The position numbers were made by a program, and so were the translations under genes. Under the pieces are notes generated by a model. The model made no database searches. It saw only the letters and a program-made list of their open reading frames with translations, and had not been told where the DNA came from. DNA of 64,000 nucleotides, taken from assembly GCA_039028335.1 (NCBI GenBank), contig JBCCIF010000003.1:19349-83348 (forward strand). The letters are read 5' to 3'. The DNA is from Bacteroidota bacterium (GTDB lineage Bacteria; Bacteroidota; Bacteroidia; Flavobacteriales_D; JABDKJ01). Shown here piece by piece: positions 17,700 to 26,440 of this stretch (position 1 is its first letter; every line of letters starts with the position of its first letter).

Positions 17700-18547
17700 T
17701 GAGCACTTACCTTCATATTTAAATAGCGTATAAGCCCTTGGACTCCAGATGTCATATGCGTCTCGTCTTTCAGCTTAAAGTAGTTAAAATCAGCACCAGA
17801 AGATTTGTCCTTTTCAATGAATTTTTTGACATATTTTACATCACTGATATAATGAGCAATGTCCTTTTCAGCTATTCCCAGATGAAAAGATTTAAAATTG
17901 TAAATGTGTTGTTTGTTGCTGGCCAATGTTTCCATTTCTCTTAAGAGAACATAATCATCCCAAACTACGCTGGGACTAATGGAAATATAGTTGTCAAAAA
18001 GTTCAGGAGAATAGACAAGAAAAGAAAGTACACAAAGACCTCCCATAGAATGACCAAAGATGCTTTTATTGCGGAAATGAATATTAAATCGCTCTTCTAA
18101 AAAAGGAATGATCTCTTTGCTTAAAAATTCCGAGAATAATGGGAATCTGCCGGTAGTGGAGTACAATGCGATTTGTTCCTTGTCATCATTATTGGTCCAA
18201 TCTTGTTGACTAGGTGTATAATGAGAAAATCTGCTTTGAGTTGTGCTATGCAGTGCTAAAATGCATGTATTATCAAATCGCTGATCAAAATTATAGAGAT
18301 CGATAAAATCCGAAGCTATTCCCATGTATTCATCTCCATCAAGAAGGACAATCAAATTCACGATTGTGTCATCTTCTTTTTCTCTGAAGATTCTCGTTTC
18401 ATAGTACATCTCTTCATCGAGTATATACGAAAAAAATAGCCGTGTTGAGTCGCTATTATCTGATCCTAAAACTTGGAAATGAAAAAGGATACTAAAGCCG
18501 ATAATAAATATGGGATGTTGCCAATATTCAATTCCCGATTTGAACAT
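17696..18547 (-). CDS. Alpha/beta hydrolase, putative esterase family
   Basis: Nucleophile elbow GHSMGG in an esterase-like context (IFGHSMGGLCVLSF). The start is uncertain: the ATG at 18547 gives a hydrophobic N-terminus, while the track start is 18589. Confidence 0.65.
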   Translation of the reverse strand: MFKSGIEYWQHPIFIIGFSILFHFQVLGSDNSDSTRLFFSYILDEEMYYETRIFREKEDDTIVNLIVLLDGDEYMGIASDFIDLYNFDQRFDNTCILALHSTTQSRFSHYTPSQQDWTNNDDKEQIALYSTTGRFPLFSEFLSKEIIPFLEERFNIHFRNKSIFGHSMGGLCVLSFLVYSPELFDNYISISPSVVWDDYVLLREMETLASNKQHIYNFKSFHLGIAEKDIAHYISDVKYVKKFIEKDKSSGADFNYFKLKDETHMTSGVQGLIRYLNMKVSAH

Positions 18548-19613
18548 ATCCTTGGGTATTGACAACCTGCACCAAAGGCCCTTGACCATTACCTAGTTTT
18601 CCTTTGATACGCCATCTCTTATCTTCTCCTACTCCTTTGCTAATAATATCAAGCTGAGGATATTCATAGCTATCTGGATCATTGGTTAAATCCAGATCCA
18701 ATATTCCGTCAAAATACTCTGGTATACCAATGAAAATATCTGCTTTATTTCCTTCAACAATAACTTTTTCAGCCATTGCATCAGTTTCAATTATCCTAAC
18801 TGAACCCATCTTTAAGTTGGTACTCATATTGTTTTTTAGGACTTGAATCTTGGTATCACTCAGAACGAAGCTACCTTGTAATTCGTCAATCTCTTCAATA
18901 TAAATCTCATCGTGTTTTGAGCGGATATTTAGATTTTTAACTTCAGCGATTTCTATTTCACTAGAGCTAGACTCTATAATCAATTCTTCAGCTTCATCAA
19001 TATCTGCAGATTTTGCTCCGCCTAAAATAAGGTTAGCATAAGTGATTGATTTGACCTTAAGCTTTCCATATTTCACTTCAATTTTCTTTCCTTTTTTAAT
19101 TTCTCTTGCTCGAAAATCTCCGTAAGAAACAAATACCTCAAGTTCACCCTCATGTTTTCCAATGAAAACATTCCCAAATCGATTACTTATTTCGAGTGGC
19201 AACCATTTTGGAAGTCGAATAGTATAATTTACTTCTATTTTATCTTCTGAACCTAGTCCTTGTTTAATGTCGTACCCTTTTTTAGTAAAAAAGCTGACAT
19301 TATCCGACCAGTTGGTTTCAGCCAATACAAAAGAAGCTGAACTGGTAAAGTCAACATCAATCTTTTCCAGCATCTCTTCGAGATTCCATTGCTTTTCTGA
19401 TCGCGCAATGATTTCGATCTCAAAGGCAATTGAATCTTTGGCCCAATGCTCGATAATAATGTCCCCATACTTATTAGCTATCTCTGCATAGGATTCAGTA
19501 TTCAGGGGAAAGGACCTTTGAATGGTTTTTGATTTTTCGCTCATTTCTGAACCTATTAGGTCCCCAGAAATACAGACTAATATACTCAGGCACACTATTT
19601 TCAGCACTTTCAT
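18528..19613 (-). CDS. Hypothetical secreted beta-strand-repeat protein (DUF4097 / putative-adhesin-like, tentative)
   Basis: Signal peptide from the ATG at 19613 (MKVLKIVCLSILVCISG), 1 nt after the upstream stop. The long run of alternating short beta-strand segments (VEV..G.I.I-like periodicity) is typical of beta-helix 'putative adhesin' proteins encoded beside sigma/anti-sigma pairs. Confidence 0.45.
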   Translation of the reverse strand: MKVLKIVCLSILVCISGDLIGSEMSEKSKTIQRSFPLNTESYAEIANKYGDIIIEHWAKDSIAFEIEIIARSEKQWNLEEMLEKIDVDFTSSASFVLAETNWSDNVSFFTKKGYDIKQGLGSEDKIEVNYTIRLPKWLPLEISNRFGNVFIGKHEGELEVFVSYGDFRAREIKKGKKIEVKYGKLKVKSITYANLILGGAKSADIDEAEELIIESSSSEIEIAEVKNLNIRSKHDEIYIEEIDELQGSFVLSDTKIQVLKNNMSTNLKMGSVRIIETDAMAEKVIVEGNKADIFIGIPEYFDGILDLDLTNDPDSYEYPQLDIISKGVGEDKRWRIKGKLGNGQGPLVQVVNTQGYVQIGN

Positions 19614-19614
19614 C

Positions 19615-20148
19615 TTATTGTTCAATAATTTCATTGTCTTCTTGTTTTGATTCTTCAAAGGCATGTAAAAGGGATTCCAAAATTTCAAGGCGAAGTCTGT
19701 AGTTTTCTACCATTGCTTCAAGCACTATACCTGGATCAGCTCCGTAGCCCATCTCTACTTTCAACTCTTCAAATTCACTTTTCAAATCATTTATTTCCTC
19801 TAATAATTCTGGATCGACATCATACTCATTCAGGTTTCTTAGCTTGTCATTGACCTGCATTGAATAGTAATTTTCAACTTCGCCAAAATCCTCAACCAAA
19901 TTATCCTGTGCACTTTGGACAGGGTCTTCTGCTAAATTTTTGTTGTCTTTATTCAAAAAGAAAAAGACACTCAAAAAGATCATAATTCCTGCCGCTGCAT
20001 AGGGCAAATAGGGACGAATGGAAAACACCTTTACTTCCTTTTGATCCAAGTCCGATTCTATCTTATTCCATAAATTTTCAGATGGAAATTCTACATCAAA
20101 TTCCTCTTTGTTGCTATCTATGAAATTTTTAAGCTTGTCTTCTTTCAT
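19615..20148 (-). CDS. Single-pass membrane protein, putative anti-sigma factor
   Basis: It overlaps the ECF sigma gene 3' end by 20 nt. It has one TM helix (PYAAAGIMIFLSVFFFL). The call is by position, with no zinc-binding anti-sigma motif seen. Confidence 0.45.
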   Translation of the reverse strand: MKEDKLKNFIDSNKEEFDVEFPSENLWNKIESDLDQKEVKVFSIRPYLPYAAAGIMIFLSVFFFLNKDNKNLAEDPVQSAQDNLVEDFGEVENYYSMQVNDKLRNLNEYDVDPELLEEINDLKSEFEELKVEMGYGADPGIVLEAMVENYRLRLEILESLLHAFEESKQEDNEIIEQ

Positions 20149-20689
20149 TTGAATGCTCCATTAAAAAATTCCTAATCTTATTTTTAGCTCTATTGAGTTG
20201 AGATTTCGAAGTCGAAACAGAAATCCCTAGCTCATTTGCTATTTCTTTATGCGAATAGTCTTCAAACATGTAGAGGGTAAATACGACCCTAAATCCGTCT
20301 GGCAAGGATTTTAGTGCCTGTTTCACCTGCTCTACCGTTACGGGATACTCCTTAATCTCCTCAACTTCTTCAAATAATCCTATCTGCTCCTCTTGCATCT
20401 CAACGTATTTCAATCTTCTTTTCTTCAACTGATTGATTGAATGATTAACTACTATTCTCTTGAACCAAGCACCAAAACTTGATTTTCCCTGATACTTATC
20501 TAAGTTTTGAAACATCTTAACAAAACTTTCCTGTAGAACATCTTCCGCTTCATCTCTTCTATTCAAGATCCTCAAGGAAACATTAAACATTGCTTGAGAG
20601 TAGAGCCTGAAGATTTCGGCTTGAGCCCTTCTCTCCCCTCTCTTGCATTGTTCAATTAGTTCTTGGTGTATATTCAGGTGTTGGTTCAA
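20129..20689 (-). CDS. ECF (sigma-70 family group 4) RNA polymerase sigma factor
   Basis: Region 2 reads DVLQESFVKMFQNLDKY...AWFKRIVVNHSINQLKK. Region 4 HTH reads YSHKEIANELGISVSTSKSQLNRAKNKI. It uses a TTG start. Confidence 0.85.
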   Translation of the reverse strand: MNQHLNIHQELIEQCKRGERRAQAEIFRLYSQAMFNVSLRILNRRDEAEDVLQESFVKMFQNLDKYQGKSSFGAWFKRIVVNHSINQLKKRRLKYVEMQEEQIGLFEEVEEIKEYPVTVEQVKQALKSLPDGFRVVFTLYMFEDYSHKEIANELGISVSTSKSQLNRAKNKIRNFLMEHSNERRQA

Positions 20690-20707
20690 ATTGTTGGGTC
20701 AATAGGA

Positions 20708-21352
20708 TTAAAACCAACCTAAACGTAAGGATAAATTGGCTGATAATCCTTCAATATCGCTCGTTTCTATGCCCGGTATTTGGGTATCAGTTACAAACTT
20801 ATAACTCACTCCTCCCGTCAATCTCATGAACTTGAAAACATTCAGTTCTAGATTTACTCCAGGCTCTGCCATAAGAAACATATCGGTTCTATGAGGCTTC
20901 TGATCAAAAGCCGTTTCAACGCCATTAATGATATCCCCTTCCCAAAGTGGATCATAGGTTTCCGCTATTCCGCCAATCCCCAAAAATAATGGAGTAGTCA
21001 CATGCAAAACGGATTTAGATGCTATTACGGGTTCAATATTGACTCCGCCATATCCCATTTGGAGTTTATAAGCATCTCCATCATCATTAAATGTATTGCT
21101 TTCGATATCGCTCACAAGGCCCATACCTTTGACTCCAATGTTTAGGGAATGTCCAAGCACCATATTCAGTTCCGCACCGGTTAAGTAAGCCTCTTGACCA
21201 TTAATCTGAGCGGCCTGAGAATTCAGTCCAATAAATCCACCAAATCCTCGCTTATTTCCAAATAAAGTTTGCTGCTCATTGTTTTGGTTCTCCTGTGCGA
21301 ATAATAATGAACCTATCATTATTGCAATCGCCATTGTGATCATTCTTCTCAT
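20708..21352 (-). CDS. Outer-membrane beta-barrel protein (hypothetical)
   Basis: Has a signal peptide and an alternating amphipathic pattern. The C-terminus LSANLSLRLGWF ends in an aromatic residue, as is typical of OMPs. Confidence 0.55.
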   Translation of the reverse strand: MRRMITMAIAIMIGSLLFAQENQNNEQQTLFGNKRGFGGFIGLNSQAAQINGQEAYLTGAELNMVLGHSLNIGVKGMGLVSDIESNTFNDDGDAYKLQMGYGGVNIEPVIASKSVLHVTTPLFLGIGGIAETYDPLWEGDIINGVETAFDQKPHRTDMFLMAEPGVNLELNVFKFMRLTGGVSYKFVTDTQIPGIETSDIEGLSANLSLRLGWF

Positions 21353-21377
21353 GATTTCTTAATTTAAATTCATTCTA

Positions 21378-22085
21378 TTAAAGTGGCCCAACATCGCCAC
21401 TGCCGTTAATTTCTGTGCTTACAATAGGGCTTCCTAAATAATTTACATCTCCACTGCCATTAATTACAACATTCAATTCGTTGGATACATTTACAGACAC
21501 ATCTCCGCTGCCATCAATGAGAACACTGGCAAATTCCACTGGAAGGTCAAGTGCATCTATATCACCGCTTCCGTCAATATCAAAGTTGACTGATTCTCCT
21601 TCACCTGAAAGAACTATATCTCCTGATCCCCTGATTGATGCATCAACTGAATTTACTTCGAGAAAGCGCAAATCAATATCCCCTGAACCTCTTACATTGA
21701 TATCCATATCAGCTGACTCCAAGGCTTGCGCACTTATATCACCCGAACCGTCTAGATTAATTTTATCCAAAAATTCCTGGTCAATAAATACCTTAGTCTG
21801 TTTATCGTCAGCAACATTGTTTCTTTCTTCGTAAACGTATAATACCTCATCGATTACTTCGGTAACTATATGTTTTATTTTTCTGCTTCCAGTCTCTACG
21901 CGAACATCATAGCTGTCATTAGAAGTGATGATTACGTCTATATTCCCGTCTACATCCAGACCCGTATAAAATTCGGCTAAACTTCTGTCCTCTACGATTA
22001 AGTCTCCACTGTCCCACAATGCGCGTTCACATGAACTGGTTCCTATAATTAAAGCTAAAAGTGCAACAAGTTTAATGTGTTTCAT
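21378..22085 (-). CDS. Head GIN domain (DUF2807) lipoprotein
   Basis: Lipobox LIIGTSSC. It has repeated GSGDI/GSGDV motifs (at least 6) in a beta-helix-like periodicity characteristic of DUF2807/GIN domains. Confidence 0.7.
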   Translation of the reverse strand: MKHIKLVALLALIIGTSSCERALWDSGDLIVEDRSLAEFYTGLDVDGNIDVIITSNDSYDVRVETGSRKIKHIVTEVIDEVLYVYEERNNVADDKQTKVFIDQEFLDKINLDGSGDISAQALESADMDINVRGSGDIDLRFLEVNSVDASIRGSGDIVLSGEGESVNFDIDGSGDIDALDLPVEFASVLIDGSGDVSVNVSNELNVVINGSGDVNYLGSPIVSTEINGSGDVGPL

Positions 22086-22229
22086 GTCTTTGAATTTTCT
22101 GATTTCTAATCAAAAGACAAGCATTTTTAAAAAGGTTGCACCGACCAGGAAAAGAAATGCAAAATAAAAGGATGAACTAATCTTATATGCCTGGTTAACT
22201 GATAGTTACATTGAATTGAAAATAATGCA

Positions 22230-23480
22230 TTATTTTCTCCTTGTAACCACATTTACGCCTTCCCAAGATATTCCGGCTTCAGGAAAAATCTGATCTTTCA
22301 TTTCTTTCTCTTCATCAAAGCGCTTTAATTTCGGAATAGGACTTAGTTCATGAATTTTTAATTGATTTACTCCAAAAAAGCCCTCCATCTCAAAATTTGA
22401 CTTGGTATTCTTCTTCCATAGACGTTTATGGGTCATGTTTAGATTTACATTCATGTAAAGCTGATCCGGATACCATTGATTCCCAATTTCGCGATAATTG
22501 AGACGGACGTCATAACGTGGTTTATCTATTCCTAAACCAAATGCAAACAAAATTGGCTTAAGATAAGCAGGGATGATAAAATGTCCGTAGTACTCCAAAG
22601 AAGCAATGGCATAATTCTCGGCATCGATATATATTTTCCCTTTGGATCGCATATTCTCCAAATTTCGTCTTGCTTCAAAAGAGATGACGATAATTTCATG
22701 GCCATCGAAAAAAGTCCTTTGCTCCAATTCGTAATTGTACTTTTTAAAATGTGCGCTATCTAAGAACAGATGTGGGCGCTTTATGAAGTCCAAATCCAGA
22801 ATATTCTCTGGGCCATTAAGTGATTGCAAAATCTCAACCTCTTCTTCGGAAATTTCCCTTCCTTCTTTTTTTGCGCGTTTAATTTCTTTTCGCTCGTACT
22901 TTTCCCTCCTTTCCTTCATGAATTCAATTTCTTGAATATCATCCCTCTCACGATACAACATTACCTGATGTTGATTCTTCTTGTCACCTCTATAGTCTGG
23001 ATAGAATGATTTGAAAATGGCTTCGCTGTGCATGACATGCGCTCCGTTCTCTGTTATTTGCTCTCGATAAAAAGCCGTTGTACCGAAAGGAATATTGACA
23101 TAATTGGAATCTCTGTATATCTGAAATTGCTTGATATAAAATTCAGGCGGCTTTGGACTGATAACCACCTCCTGTATCTGATAGGCAAATGGAGGTAGAG
23201 CGATTTCTATATAGGTCGGGCAATCTCTTAGCGCAATCTTTAAGCTCTTATAACCCATAAAGCTGAAGTTCAAGCTGTCTTCGATTGATTCATTGGGAAC
23301 TAGTACTTTGAATTGACCAAATTCATTTGTCGTAGTTCCCGCATAGCTTTCCGTCAAAGAAATGCTGGCAAAGGGTAAAATCTCATTGGTCAAACTGTCT
23401 CTGACAATACCACTAATTTCAATTTGAGCATTCAGAGAAAGCACACACAGAATTATGACGCAGCTAAAGGATATCTTCAC
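22230..23480 (-). CDS. Carboxypeptidase-regulatory-like domain protein (hypothetical)
   Basis: After the signal peptide comes ISGIVRDSLTNEILPFASISLTESYAGTTTNEFGQFKV, a CarboxypepD_reg-like motif. It uses a GTG start. Confidence 0.55.
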   Translation of the reverse strand: MKISFSCVIILCVLSLNAQIEISGIVRDSLTNEILPFASISLTESYAGTTTNEFGQFKVLVPNESIEDSLNFSFMGYKSLKIALRDCPTYIEIALPPFAYQIQEVVISPKPPEFYIKQFQIYRDSNYVNIPFGTTAFYREQITENGAHVMHSEAIFKSFYPDYRGDKKNQHQVMLYRERDDIQEIEFMKERREKYERKEIKRAKKEGREISEEEVEILQSLNGPENILDLDFIKRPHLFLDSAHFKKYNYELEQRTFFDGHEIIVISFEARRNLENMRSKGKIYIDAENYAIASLEYYGHFIIPAYLKPILFAFGLGIDKPRYDVRLNYREIGNQWYPDQLYMNVNLNMTHKRLWKKNTKSNFEMEGFFGVNQLKIHELSPIPKLKRFDEEKEMKDQIFPEAGISWEGVNVVTRRK

Positions 23481-23542
23481 TATTCAAATTTCATTTATGA
23501 CGAATTAGAAAGAGAATTTGTTACTGAGTTAATCTAACTTAT

Positions 23543-24226
23543 TCAAGGACAAGTATCACAGAGATTCTTTGCTTCTAAAGGGAACTTTATTCCCACCAAT
23601 AATTGATATGCCGTATGAAACCCTTGCCTTTGCGGCAAAGTGGCGACATGGTGATTTTGAATACTTCCAGTATATCTTAACTCAATGGACCCTGCTAATC
23701 TATCAGCTAAGCTTGTTGAATAACCCAATCCGATGCCTGCTAAATAATCCTCAGGGCGAGTATTAGGTATGTTGGCAATTGCCGTATTCGTTAGCGTGCC
23801 TGCATTGTTCACTTTCATAACCTCAACATTGGATGTTAGGAGCGAATTATACTGAAAGAGAGCATTGGTAAAAATTCGATGTCCTCTTTGAATTTCATAC
23901 ACATATCCCAGCTTAACAGCAGCTCCGAAATGATCAAAATTCCAACGAAGACCATCTTCGAATAATTCTCCATTTACGATTTGATTTTCGTCTGTACTAA
24001 AGCCCTTTTGCTCATAGAGCACATCAAACCCAAAGAAAAAACCCGATTTCCAAACCAGACTATAATTAAAGCCTCCCGTGTAGTAAATACCTCTCTTGGC
24101 ATTGGGAACATAATTTTGACCGCTTATTCCAGTATTAGATAAACCAGAATAGAGTCCTAAATATGAATCTTGCCCGAAAACACTCAAGCACAGCATTAAG
24201 GTGAAAAGACTACTAATTTTTTTCAT
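23543..24226 (-). CDS. Outer-membrane beta-barrel (porin-family-like) protein with C-terminal CxxC tail
   Basis: Signal peptide, Gly/aromatic-rich amphipathic strands, and a C-terminal tail ...VGIKFPLEAKNLCDTCP. The start overlaps the tlpA-like stop by 4 nt. Confidence 0.5.
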   Translation of the reverse strand: MKKISSLFTLMLCLSVFGQDSYLGLYSGLSNTGISGQNYVPNAKRGIYYTGGFNYSLVWKSGFFFGFDVLYEQKGFSTDENQIVNGELFEDGLRWNFDHFGAAVKLGYVYEIQRGHRIFTNALFQYNSLLTSNVEVMKVNNAGTLTNTAIANIPNTRPEDYLAGIGLGYSTSLADRLAGSIELRYTGSIQNHHVATLPQRQGFHTAYQLLVGIKFPLEAKNLCDTCP

Positions 24227-24744
24227 TCGAGTTCTGACAAATATGCATCAATTTCTTGCAGGCTCGCTTTGACCAAAAGAAATTCTCCACTTGGACCTAT
24301 TAAAAATTTGGCGGGAATTTCATTCACTCCGTAAGGAGAAGCAATGTCAGACGTAGCAACAATTCTGGAAATATCAACAATCTGGTATTTCCAATTGAAG
24401 CCCAATTTTTCGGCTACTGCCTTCCAATTCCGATCATTTCTTTCCAAAGCAACACTCAACAATTCAAAGCCATTACCATCTTTAAAGGTTTTCCCCTCAT
24501 ATTTATTGTATAAGGCCAGGACATCTCCTGCTTCTCTATGGCATGGTCCGCACCATGAAGCCCAGAAATCAAGAATCACGTAATTGCCGTTGAGGTCGTC
24601 TAATTGAAATGCACTACCATCGATTAACTTCGATTGAATAGCTGGAGCCTGAGCATTTTCCTTGATCCCCGGTTTAGGACCAAATTTGTAAAATAAGTAA
24701 GCACCGATAACAAATAAAATAAGGAGAGGAATCATTTTTTTCAT
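24223..24744 (-). CDS. TlpA-family thiol:disulfide oxidoreductase (thioredoxin fold)
   Basis: Active site FWASWCGPCHRE with an N-terminal membrane anchor/signal. Length is 173 aa. Confidence 0.8.
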   Translation of the reverse strand: MKKMIPLLILFVIGAYLFYKFGPKPGIKENAQAPAIQSKLIDGSAFQLDDLNGNYVILDFWASWCGPCHREAGDVLALYNKYEGKTFKDGNGFELLSVALERNDRNWKAVAEKLGFNWKYQIVDISRIVATSDIASPYGVNEIPAKFLIGPSGEFLLVKASLQEIDAYLSELE

Positions 24745-24819
24745 GCTCTAATTTAAGTACTTGAAGAAATAATTGAGAATCTATTGTAACGGTGTAATGA
24801 ACTCCTATTCTTATTTATT

Positions 24820-25287
24820 CTATCCTTTCCCCAAAGTAATCTCCTCTGTAAAGTCTACAGGAATATCGAAATTGACTTTCATGACCTCCATGGTCACTGT
24901 TCCCTTATATTTCACATTGAGTTTCTTATTAGACAAAACACCTAAAAGTCCTCCAAGCAGGCCTTGATCTTTGAAAACCTTTTGAGGATTAAATTGAACT
25001 TCGAATGGCAATTCAAACTCTCCATTGGCCGGAACGGCAACGCTCAAGGGCTTCTCCAACTTTCCAACAGAAACTTCATCCACCCAAACTTCCATATTCA
25101 TCTTAACTAGGTTGCCACCAACTGGATTCGGGTTTTGATAGACAGAAATACCCGATACCTGGACATTGTCTAAGGATATAATTTTTGCCGAAAAATTCTT
25201 CATGTATTGAAACTCTGGTTCTTCCGGTGCAGAACAAGAAGCCAGGAAGAAGATCAACATTAACAGTATAGCGTGGTATAATTTCAT
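24820..25287 (-). CDS. Lipoprotein, LEA-2/NDR1-like (tentative)
   Basis: Lipobox FFLASC. Size and beta-sandwich-like pattern fit, but family recognition is weak. Confidence 0.4.
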   Translation of the reverse strand: MKLYHAILLMLIFFLASCSAPEEPEFQYMKNFSAKIISLDNVQVSGISVYQNPNPVGGNLVKMNMEVWVDEVSVGKLEKPLSVAVPANGEFELPFEVQFNPQKVFKDQGLLGGLLGVLSNKKLNVKYKGTVTMEVMKVNFDIPVDFTEEITLGKG

Positions 25288-25356
25288 ATATCAAAATTAC
25301 AATGGAACCTTAATTTTGTTCAAGGAGTTTTGAATTATGCTAACACGTCTGGGTAT

Positions 25357-25392
25357 AAAAAAAGCCCTCGCAACTAATTCTTTGCGAGAGCT
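25357..25392 (-). terminator. Rho-independent terminator downstream of the yegP-like gene
   Basis: On the minus strand GCTCTCGCAA-loop-TTGCGAGGGC forms a 10-bp stem with 1 mismatch (plus-strand arms 25364-25373 / 25382-25391). It is followed by a run of 7 T (plus-strand A-run 25357-25363). Confidence 0.7.
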
Positions 25393-25410
25393 CGTTCCAA
25401 AAGGATAAAT

Positions 25411-25740
25411 TTATACTGTAAGATCTACAATTTCTGCAGCTCCTGCCTTCTTTACTACGTCCATCCCATTTTTGCATCCATCGGAAGAGGCATACATTTG
25501 ACTAGTTCCGATAACTTGTCCGTTAGTTGATTTCAGATTGAAATAATCCTTTCCGTTTGACGCTTGTTTCATTTCGTAGCAATTGCTATCAGAACAATTT
25601 TTCATTACGGATTGCACTCCATTTTGTGCCCCGGCTTTTTGTGAATAACCTTCACTCGCCAACACCTTTTCTCCGTTACCCGCCTTTAATCTGAAGTAAT
25701 ACTCCTTGCTTTTTTCGCTTTGATAAATTTCGAATTTCAT
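25411..25740 (-). CDS. YegP-family (DUF1508, UPF0339) protein
   Basis: Two DUF1508-like half-repeats are present: YYFRLKAGNGEKVLASEGYSQKAGAQNGVQSV and YFNLKSTNGQVIGTSQMYASSDGCKNGMDVV. Confidence 0.8.
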   Translation of the reverse strand: MKFEIYQSEKSKEYYFRLKAGNGEKVLASEGYSQKAGAQNGVQSVMKNCSDSNCYEMKQASNGKDYFNLKSTNGQVIGTSQMYASSDGCKNGMDVVKKAGAAEIVDLTV

Positions 25741-25781
25741 GTTGAATAGAATTTAATTATTTGAAGAATAAAAGTACAATT

Positions 25782-26240
25782 TCAATTTTGAAAAACAATG
25801 TATGTATTCAGAGAAATAGCGATTAAAAGCCATATATAATAAGGCAATACAAGCCATTTCCACTTCTCAACTACTCGCTGAAATCTAAACATTAATTGCT
25901 GAACGATTACCCAAAGCGATACAATCAAAATAAGGGCAAGGGCCGTTCGTTGAAAATAAAAAAAGACCGGATTCCAAAGAATATTTAGAACGAATTGAAA
26001 TGCAAAAAGGCTCAGAAGCAACTTTCGATTCTTGACTTTTTCATATGCCAAAGCCATATAGAATGAGAATGAAATCATGATGATCGTCCATGCGGCACCA
26101 AAAATCCATCCAGGTGGAGTCCAAGGAGCTTTATCTAGTTGGACATACCACTCTGAAGCTACTCCGGGTCTTGTAAAAAATGACCCCATAGCCAAAGCCC
26201 CAAAATTCAAAAAAAGGAAAAGAAGTAAGCGAACAATCAT
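25782..26240 (-). CDS. tspO: TspO/MBR family tryptophan-rich sensory protein
   Basis: Five-TM, Trp-rich 152-aa protein carrying WYVQLDKAPWTPPGWIFGAAWTIIM. Confidence 0.8.
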   Translation of the reverse strand: MIVRLLLFLFLNFGALAMGSFFTRPGVASEWYVQLDKAPWTPPGWIFGAAWTIIMISFSFYMALAYEKVKNRKLLLSLFAFQFVLNILWNPVFFYFQRTALALILIVSLWVIVQQLMFRFQRVVEKWKWLVLPYYIWLLIAISLNTYIVFQN

Positions 26241-26440
26241 AAAGCAATTTTACTGCCTTTTGTATTTAACTCGACAGGTTTCCATACAATGAATATGCAC
26301 AATGACAATTTCGCCTTCCCAGCTGAAGCAAATCGCAAAAAATACATTGAGACAATTCCTAGATTCAATTATTAATTCGTTCAAGGAATTGGTTCCTTCA
26401 ATTGGACTATTTGAGCTGACATCTAAATTGCATAAATCGT

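Noticed and set aside
21481-21834. A 117-codon plus-strand ORF rich in Ser/Pro.
   Set aside because: It is the antisense image of the GSGDI repeat region of the GIN-domain gene.
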